A stretch of 63,932 bases of DNA, filler included, from Octopus bimaculoides (lineage: Eukaryota): the NCBI RefSeq assembly GCF_001194135.2. It is 5 parts of 5 records of this genome, joined end to end, with 100 filler letters (N's around TTAATTAATTAA, not from the genome) between each part and the next. Parts side by side here need not be neighbours in the genome. Positions count along the whole stretch, not along the records: positions 29,425 to 59,033 come from NC_068994.1; positions 59,134 to 62,177 come from NW_026336587.1; positions 62,278 to 63,932 come from NC_068987.1; 2 more parts are not named here. One strand, given 5' to 3'. Position 1 is the first letter of the stretch. Every line of letters begins with the position of its first letter. A program made the position numbers and the translations under genes. This document shows, one piece after another, positions 55,531 to 63,932 of the stretch. The notes beneath the pieces are model-generated. The model did not search any database and was not told the DNA's origin. It saw only the letters and a program-made list of their open reading frames with translations.

Positions 55531-58500
55531 GTCAACATTGAAGATAGCCTTACACTTGTCCATTATGATGATACGTCTCCTGTCTTGTTTGGTAAAAATG
55601 TTGCAGTGCAGATATATTTGTATATACACACAAACATGTATATATATGTGTGTGTGTGTAACTTCTCTCATATCAATAACAATCTCTGGACAAGGGTGCT
55701 GCATGTAGTGACCCAGTCTGCTAAAAATAGCAGCCAAATTCTGTCAGAGAAGTAAAGAATGCTTTAAGCAAGGTAATTCTAGATATATCTATAGAATTTA
55801 ATGAGATTGCTATGGCTGGAAATCCTTTGATGACTTGTTTGCTCAGTCAAGATTAACCGGATGCTAAAGACAATATTAGTAGCAAGAGCGAGAACAACAG
55901 CAGCAGCCACCACAGCAGAAAGATCATCAAGAACAACCAAAAGTAACAACTATAACCACAACAATGTTCTATATCCACTATCTCTCTTCCAAGCTACTAC
56001 AGTTCAGCATTTACCATTAAATCAATTGCAAAGCTCTGATTCTATCATTGTTGTTGTCGATCTTCTTTTTTTAGGAAAACTACATCTTTTCTTACCGACC
56101 TTGTATTCCTTTCCCAAATTGTTCTAAGAGATGCGTGGAATACAGTTGTAGACTAACACACACATGCATCTACTTAACTATTTCTTTCACTCCAATACTC
56201 ACTCATTCAGTTGGGACATTTATTCATTCATTCAGTGTAAATCTTTCCTTGTGTGAATGAGTAATTCAAATTATAATCCATTTCTTTCAGTGTACGTGTG
56301 TACTTATACACACACATTATCCATATATATTCATCGTCGTCATTTAACGTCCGCTTTCCATGCTGGTATGGGTTGGACGGTTTGACTGAGGACTAGCAAG
56401 CCAGAAGGCTGCATCAGATATATATATACATATATACATATAGGCATATATATACACATACATATACGTTTAGGAATATATACACATGTATATAGATATG
56501 TGCATGTATACACACACATATTCATAGAAACACACTCACCATCTCCCTTTTTTTTTCCTCTATCTCCATGTTTATATACATACACACACTCAAACACATA
56601 CTTTTTCCCCCTCTCTTTATATCCCTGGCCCTATTTTTCTCTTCCTTTTTATTGCTTCCCTTCCTTGTTTTTTTCTCACCCCCCCTCCTGTTTTTTTTTC
56701 ATTTATTATCATTGTTGCTTTCTGTTATCTACTCTTTCTTTCTCTCTCCCTCCCTCTATATCTCAGTCTATCTCCTATTCTCATATCATCTCTCTCTCTT
56801 TCTGCCTATCTGTCTTGTTTCTCTCTCTCCCCACCTCATACATAACCTCTCTAACTACTCCTCATTCTCTCTCTCNNNNNNNNNNNNNNNNNNNNNNNNN
56901 NNNNNNNNNNNNNNNNNNNNNNNGTCTGTTTCTCTCTCTCTACCTCATACATATCCTCTCTACCTACTCTTCATTCACTCCCCCCCTTCAGTTACATTTA
57001 ATAATCTGAAGAAGTCATCCCACTATTGACTTACTATAGATGTAGTAGTAGTACAGAGAGTGTTGGGGTGGAGGAGGCTGCAGCACGCCTACACACACAC
57101 ACACACAGAGGCATATATGTACACACAACACACACATGTACAGGCACGTATATATACACACGCATACACAGAGGAGGCGGTGGTGGTGGGCGTGGCACCT
57201 TGGCTTCATCAACTTCCATATTTGGTGATAATCATGAATGAAGTATAAAGATGAGGTGGGAGGAGCGGGAGGGAGGGTGAGGGTGAGGGTGAGATTTGAA
57301 CCATTAAAGCTTGAATTTCTCTAAATATCTGATTAGTGTTTAGAATCCATTGGTTGATGATGGAGAGACGTGATTAAGGATAAAAAGAGACTGAAGAAGA
57401 TTGCGTGGAGGGGAGTGAGAGAGAGGAAGAGAAGCTGATGGAAAGTTTGTGTGTGTGAGAGAGAGAGAGGGAGTGCATATGTGAAAGAGACAGAGAGAGT
57501 TTGTGTGTGTGTGAGGGGGATAGAGAGGGAGAGAGAGACTAATGGAGAGTGTGTGTGACAGAGAGAGAAAGAGAGACTGGAGGCAATGTGAGACGGAGAG
57601 AGATGAGTAGAATGTCTGAGTGAGAAGGGAGAAGGAGAAAAATATGTGAGAGGGAGAGAAGAGACTGTGTAGGAGAAAGACAGACAAAGTAGTGTGTGTG
57701 AGAGAGAGAGAGATAAAATGGGAATATGTGAAAGACAAGAGAGGGTGAAAGAGGAGATTAAAAGAGAGAAAGAGAAGAATGAGTATGGGAGAGAGAAACA
57801 AAAGATGAATGTCAACAAAATAGACAGAGCAACAGATATATATATATAGGTAGATAGATAGATAAATAGATAGATAGAAAGGAGTAACAAGAGTGTATCA
57901 GAGAGAGAGAGAATGGAAGAAAGATATTGAATGAAGCAATTACTGTCTCAATATATCTGTGTCAATTAATCANNNNNNNNNNNNNNNNNNNNNNNNNNNN
58001 NNNNNNNNNNNNNNNNNNNNNNNNNNNNNNNNNNNNNNNNNNNNNNNNNNNNNNNNNNNNNNNNNNNNNNNNNNNNNNNNNNNNNNNNNNNNNNNNNNNN
58101 NNNNNNNNNNNNNNNNNNNNNNNNTATATGTGTGTGTGTGTGTGGTTGTGTGGCAAGAAGCTTGCTTACCAACCACATGTTTCCAGGCTCAATCCCACTT
58201 CGGGACACCTTGGGTAAGTGTCTTCTACTATAGCCTCCGGATGACCAAAGCCTTGTGAGTGGATTTGGTAGACAGAAATTGAAAAAGGGCCATCATCGTA
58301 TGTGTGTGTGTCTTTGTGTTTGTTTGACCCCATCACCACTTGACAACTGGTGTTGGTGTGTTTACATCCCCATAGCATATTGATTCAGCAAAACAGACCG
58401 ACAGAATAAGTATCAAGCTTAAAAATATAAGTACTCGGATCGATTCATTCGACTAAAGCATTTTCATGGTGGTGCCCCAGCATGGCCACGTTCTAATGAC

Positions 58501-58994
58501 TGAATGAAATAAAAGATAAAGATATATGTGTGTGTGTATATATCATCGTCGTCGTCATCATCGTTTAACGTCCGTTTTCCATGCTGGCATGGGTTGGACG
58601 GTTTGACTGAGGACTGACAGGCCAGGAGGCTGCACCAGGCTCCACTCTGATTTGGCAAGGTTTCTACAGCTGGATGCCCTTCCTAATGCCAACCACTCTG
58701 AGAGTGTAGTGGCTGCTTTTTTTACATGGCACTGGCACTGCTTGAATGGTGCCTTCTATGTGCCACCAGCACAGGTGCCAGTCAGGCAGCACTCGCATCA
58801 GCCACGTGCAAATGGTGCTCTTTACGTGCCACCAGCACAGGTGCCAGTCAGGCATATATGTATGGATATATGCATATATTTATATATTATATTATATATA
58901 TATATATATATGTGTGTGTCCATACATTCATAAGTGTATGCATGTGTGTGTGTACGACCATGTCTGTGTATGTATGTACCCATGCATATGCATG

Positions 58995-59033
<39 letters not shown>

Positions 59034-59683
59034 NNNNNNNNNNNNNNNNNNNNNNNNNNNNNNNNNNNNNNNNNNNNTTAATTAATTAANNNNNNNNNNN
59101 NNNNNNNNNNNNNNNNNNNNNNNNNNNNNNNNNTATATATACATGCCTGTATGCATACATCACAGGCAACAGGCTATCTATTTGTGCATGTGTGTTGTGT
59201 GTGCGTGCGTGTGTGTACGTGCGTGTGTGTGTGGGAGAGAGAATGTTGCGTGTGAGTGTTTGAGTGTGTGTTTGTGTGTGTGTACGTGAGTGCTCACGTG
59301 TGTTTTCGTGTTTAGATACAAACGTGTATGCGTGTAAACGTGTTTAGATTTGCTACCTGTTGTGTAGATAATCTTACAGATTGCACGCACTAAAATATGA
59401 AAGACAGAAGTGGTATGATGCATCGAAGGAAGAGGCATACATACTGCCGTACACGTACACACATACATACATACCTCCACACATGTATGTATATATATAT
59501 ATATATTGTGCCTGGTGATAAGATGCATACAAACTCTTCAATGTGTATGTATGTAAATATGCGTATATATATTCATGTCTTTATGTATGCTTACGTACGT
59601 ATACATGGGCATAAAGATTCCACTGAATGCGTGTGCATGACTGTATGAACGTAAGAATGCGTGCGTTGTGTGTGTATCTGTGT

Positions 59684-59752
<69 letters not shown>

Positions 59753-59889
59753 GATCTACTAATGTATGTTTTGTGCAAATTTATCGGGTAGATAATGTTC
59801 GTTTCTTATTTTTTTTTGTTGTTGTTGCTGAGATGTGCATTAACCAAGGTGAGTGAAGTGCACCTTATCACTGCGAATTCAACAAGCAC

Positions 59890-59914
59890 GAGAACAGCAA
59901 CAACAACTACCAGC

Positions 59915-59948
<34 letters not shown>

Positions 59949-60009
59949 AAGTGATAATAACAACAATAACAATGCTAATGACAACAGCAAGAAGGATAAT
60001 AAGGATATT

Positions 60010-60065
<56 letters not shown>

Positions 60066-60075
60066 CAACAACAAC

Positions 60076-60120
<45 letters not shown>

Positions 60121-60344
60121 CTAATAGTGATATTATAGGAATATATTTATGGATCACCATTGTTATATCTATGAATCATCAGGGAATTGCTCTTTGGAAG
60201 TGAAAATATTGGATTTTTATATCAAAGCTATAATTTCTTCTTCTTCTTCTTCTTCTTCTTCTTCTTCTTCTTCTTCTTCTTCTTCTTCTTCTTCTTCTTT
60301 TTCTTCTTCTTCTTCTTCTTCTTCTTCTTCTTCTTCTTCTTCTT
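59890..60344. repeat. (AAC)n/(AAT)n arrays followed by (CTT)n
   Basis: Directly visible. Confidence 0.95.
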
Positions 60345-61279
60345 NNNNNNNNNNNNNNNNNNNNNNNNNNNNNNNNNNNNNNNNNNNNNNNNNNNNNNNN
60401 NNNNNNNNNNNNNNNNNNNNNNNNNNNNNNNNNNNNNNNNNNNNNNNNNNNNNNNNNNNNNNNNNNNNNNNNNNNNNNNNNNNNNNNNNNNNNNNNNNNN
60501 NNNNNNNNNNNNNNNNNNNNNNNNNNNNNNNNNNNNNNNNNNNNNNNNNNNNNNNNNNNNNNNNNNNNNNNNNNNNNNNNNNNNNNNNNNNNNNNNNNNN
60601 NNNNNNNNNNNNNNNNNNNNNNNNNNNNNNNNNNNNNNNNNNNNNNNNNNNNNNNNNNNNNNNNNNNNNNNNNNNNNNNNNNNNNNNNNNNNNNNNNNNN
60701 NNNNNNNNNNNNNNNNNNNNNNNNNNNNNNNNNNNNNNNNNNNNNNNNNNNNNNNNNNNNNNNNNNNNNNNNNNNNNNNNNNNNNNNNNNNNNNNNNNNN
60801 NNNNNNNNNNNNNNNNNNNNNNNNNNNNNNNNNNNNNNNNNNNNNNNNNNNNNNNNNNNNNNNNNNNNNNNNNNNNNNNNNNNNNNNNNNNNNNNNNNNN
60901 NNNNNNNNNNNNNNNNNNNNNNNNNNNNNNNNNNNNNNNNNNNNNNNNNNNNNNNNNNNNNNNNNNNNNNNNNNNNNNNNNNNNNNNNNNNNNNNNNNNN
61001 NNNNNNNNNNNNNNNNNNNNNNNNNNNNNNNNNNNNNNNNNNNNNNNNNNNNNNNNNNNNNNNNNNNNNNNNNNNNNNNNNNNNNNNNNNNNNNNNNNNN
61101 NNNNNNNNNNNNNNNNNNNNNNNNNNNNNNNNNNNNNNNNNNNNNNNNNNNNNNNNNNNNNNNNNNNNNNNNNNNNNNNNNNNNNNNNNNNNNNNNNNNN
61201 NNNNNNNNNNNNNNNNNNNNNNNNNNNNNNNNNNNNNNNNNNNNNNNNNNNNNNNNNNNNNNNNNNNNNNNNNNNNNNN

Positions 61280-61332
<53 letters not shown>

Positions 61333-61927
61333 CCATACATATGCATATGACGCACTCACAGACATTCAACGTCCACCATTTTGTCTGGAAATCTAGTTAA
61401 GATAGTCAAGTGATGTGAAACTCGTTTGGACGGTGATCTGTTAAAATAATAAAACATATTGAACGTATGGTCGGTTGTTTGATATCAAAGAGTGGTGGTG
61501 GTGGTGGGGAACCTTAAAAATCTGTTTTGAACAACAGCACTATATTATATTCACTGTATTTTGGATGAGAGAGTTTTGTTGAGGATCAGATATATGCAGG
61601 AGAATGGAGAAAATAAGTTTGAGAAAGCGACTGAGTTTTAGAAGTTAAAGAAAGTGACGGGGAGAAGATAGATTAAGATGGAGAGAAAGAGAGAGGGAGA
61701 GAGAGTGAGGTAGAGAGAGTGAGAGAAGAGAGCGAGAGAGAGATAGAGATAGAATGAGAGTGAGGAAGGAGAAACAAAAGACGTATAAATATCATATCGA
61801 GTTAGACATCCCTATGTTGTGTGTGTGCTTCTGTGTATAAGTGTGTGTGTATATATATGTATGTGTATGTGTGTGTATGCATGTATGCGTGAATATGTAC
61901 GTGTGAATGAATTTATGTGCGCATGTG

Positions 61928-61966
<39 letters not shown>

Positions 61967-61984
61967 ATATATATATACATACTC

Positions 61985-62170
61985 TTTACTCTTTTACTCT
62001 TTTACTTGTTTCAGTCATTTGACTGCGGCCATGCTGGAGCACCGCCTTTAGTCGAGCTAATCGACCCCAGGACTTATTCTTTGTAAACCTAGTACTTATT
62101 CTCTCGTTCTGTTTTGTCGAACCGCTAAGTTGGAGGGAGGGACAAACACAGACACACAAACGCCGCCTTT
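61985..62170 (-). mobile_element. SINE family A 3' half
   Basis: tactcttttactcttttacttgtttcagtcatttgactgcggccatgctggagcaccgcc... Confidence 0.88.
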
Positions 62171-62277
62171 AATATACNNNNNNNNNNNNNNNNNNNNNNN
62201 NNNNNNNNNNNNNNNNNNNNNTTAATTAATTAANNNNNNNNNNNNNNNNNNNNNNNNNNNNNNNNNNNNNNNNNNNN

Positions 62278-62437
62278 TTTCTGCAGGTGTTTCTAGTTCG
62301 TCTAATTCTTGAATTTGTTGCAATTGGAATTCACTTAGATATTCCTTTGCCTGTTTTGTTACTGAGTAAGATGCTTTCTTGCTTTCATATTTTAAGACAA
62401 ATTTTAGCATCCAGTCCTCAGAGTTTTTCAGATAGGT
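62278..62437 (-). mobile_element. 5'-truncated RLE-type non-LTR element fragment (post-RT region) abutting a (TAA)n array
   Basis: TYLKNSEDWMLKFVLKYESKKASYSVTKQAKEYL resembles, from memory, the post-RT segment of R4/Dong-like elements. The rest is lost in an N gap. Confidence 0.55.
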
Positions 62438-62457
62438 TATTATTATTGTTATTATTA

Positions 62458-62518
<61 letters not shown>

Positions 62519-63117
62519 TATTATCAAAAAGATCGTGAATTGACAGAATCGCCAGTGGGTTGATCTGAATGATTAGAAGCATGAGGCATTTCTTGTAGCT
62601 CTACAGGTCCTGAATTCATATATCGCGAAAATTGCATGAACCGTTCATAATTGTAGGGTCGATAAAGCATAGTACCAGTTAAGAAGTGTAGTCAATATTA
62701 TCGGCTTTCTGTTCCACCTAAACATCTTGGCAATATCTAAAAATTTGAAAATACTATTGTTATTCTTATACTTAATAATATGGTTATTATTATTTTCAAT
62801 TAGTAATTTTTCTTCAATAAATTCATCGACTTAGTTCTCTCAGTATTGAATGGCTGAAGGTCGGTCTATTCTTAGAATTATTGGATCGTCAAAATTTGCA
62901 ATGAGCTTTTGAGCACCTTACCTTCTAGGTTTAAAAAGCTTGCCTTTCATACTCTCATCATCAGTCTAATTTTTGGATCAAATTTATTGACTACACTCTG
63001 TCGTGAATCTCTTGTCCAGGAAATGTTAAACATGGATTTCATTTAATAATTGGTCTTGTGTCAGTGTTGGAAACTATTATTATAGATTGACAAACGTAAT
63101 GATATGTTTTGGATATT

Positions 63118-63250
<133 letters not shown>

Positions 63251-63932
63251 CCAAGTTGTTCCGGTTGCTAAAGCAATATTTTACTTTATAATATTAAAAC
63301 AAAACTCAAGTTATTTTAAAGTATTTCTTTCTCATATTCCCATTAAATTTCTTCTGATGCTATTTTCATAACTTTACAAAGGAATGTTAAAATATATAAA
63401 ACAACAAACAAATAGTTTACAAATACATGAATAATTACAATAAAGGCAAAAATTAAGATAATGAACCAATCACCTTAATTCAAATTGAAAAAATAACTGA
63501 AATTAACTAGGTGTTTGGATATGGTTTTATTCAGAGATTTATAAAGTTGTAATGAGTTTTCAGTTTGATAGCAATTAAGCAAGTTATTGATAGAAATGAA
63601 CGAGTAAAAAAGAGTAAACGGCATAAAAATGAGGAATGATGATGATGATGATGATGATTTCGTTGATGATTATATTATGGTAGAGGAGGAAATTGGGTAA
63701 CAAAGAAAACTACAACAACAACAAAAAAAGATTGGTGATAAATGAAGAGGGCAAAATGATTTTTAAATTAAAATGTCAAGATAATATTTGCAAATTAGAA
63801 ATTAGCATAGACCAGCAAATATATAATTAGTTATACAATAGTAATAATGGATGATGATGAACGTAAATTTAATATCATCCCTCCAAGAATGATTTGACAC
63901 ATACTCACACACAAGCGTATGATATGTAAATT

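Overview
AT-rich, microsatellite- and SINE-dense eukaryotic scaffold with many N gaps. The repeat families and composition look cephalopod (Octopus-like); this is inference and no search was run. One protein-coding gene is well supported: YKT6 (prenylated longin R-SNARE), + strand, 8 coding exons at 38477-52079. All introns are GT-AG and the CDS is 597 nt/198 aa: [198 protein letters not shown]. The rest is mostly mobile DNA: tRNA-derived SINEs, RTE and RLE-type LINE fragments, Tc1/mariner, pogo and hAT MITEs, and simple repeats. Most interesting observations: (1) four sequence-distinct minimal hammerhead ribozyme motifs of the Penelope-like type, one belonging to an element with a tRNA/Pol III head inside a YKT6 intron; (2) a candidate in-frame extra YKT6 exon (48945-49169/49184) that would lengthen or replace the prenylated tail; (3) a distant-branch-point, AG-exclusion 3' splice site at exon 6; (4) long intronic hairpins; (5) a twin-priming-like inverted RTE insertion; (6) a CpG-depleted domain larger than the CDS span; (7) a 45-bp minisatellite that mostly preserves reading frame. 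No rRNA, true tRNA gene or CRISPR array was seen. All coordinates, counts and alignments were made by eye.
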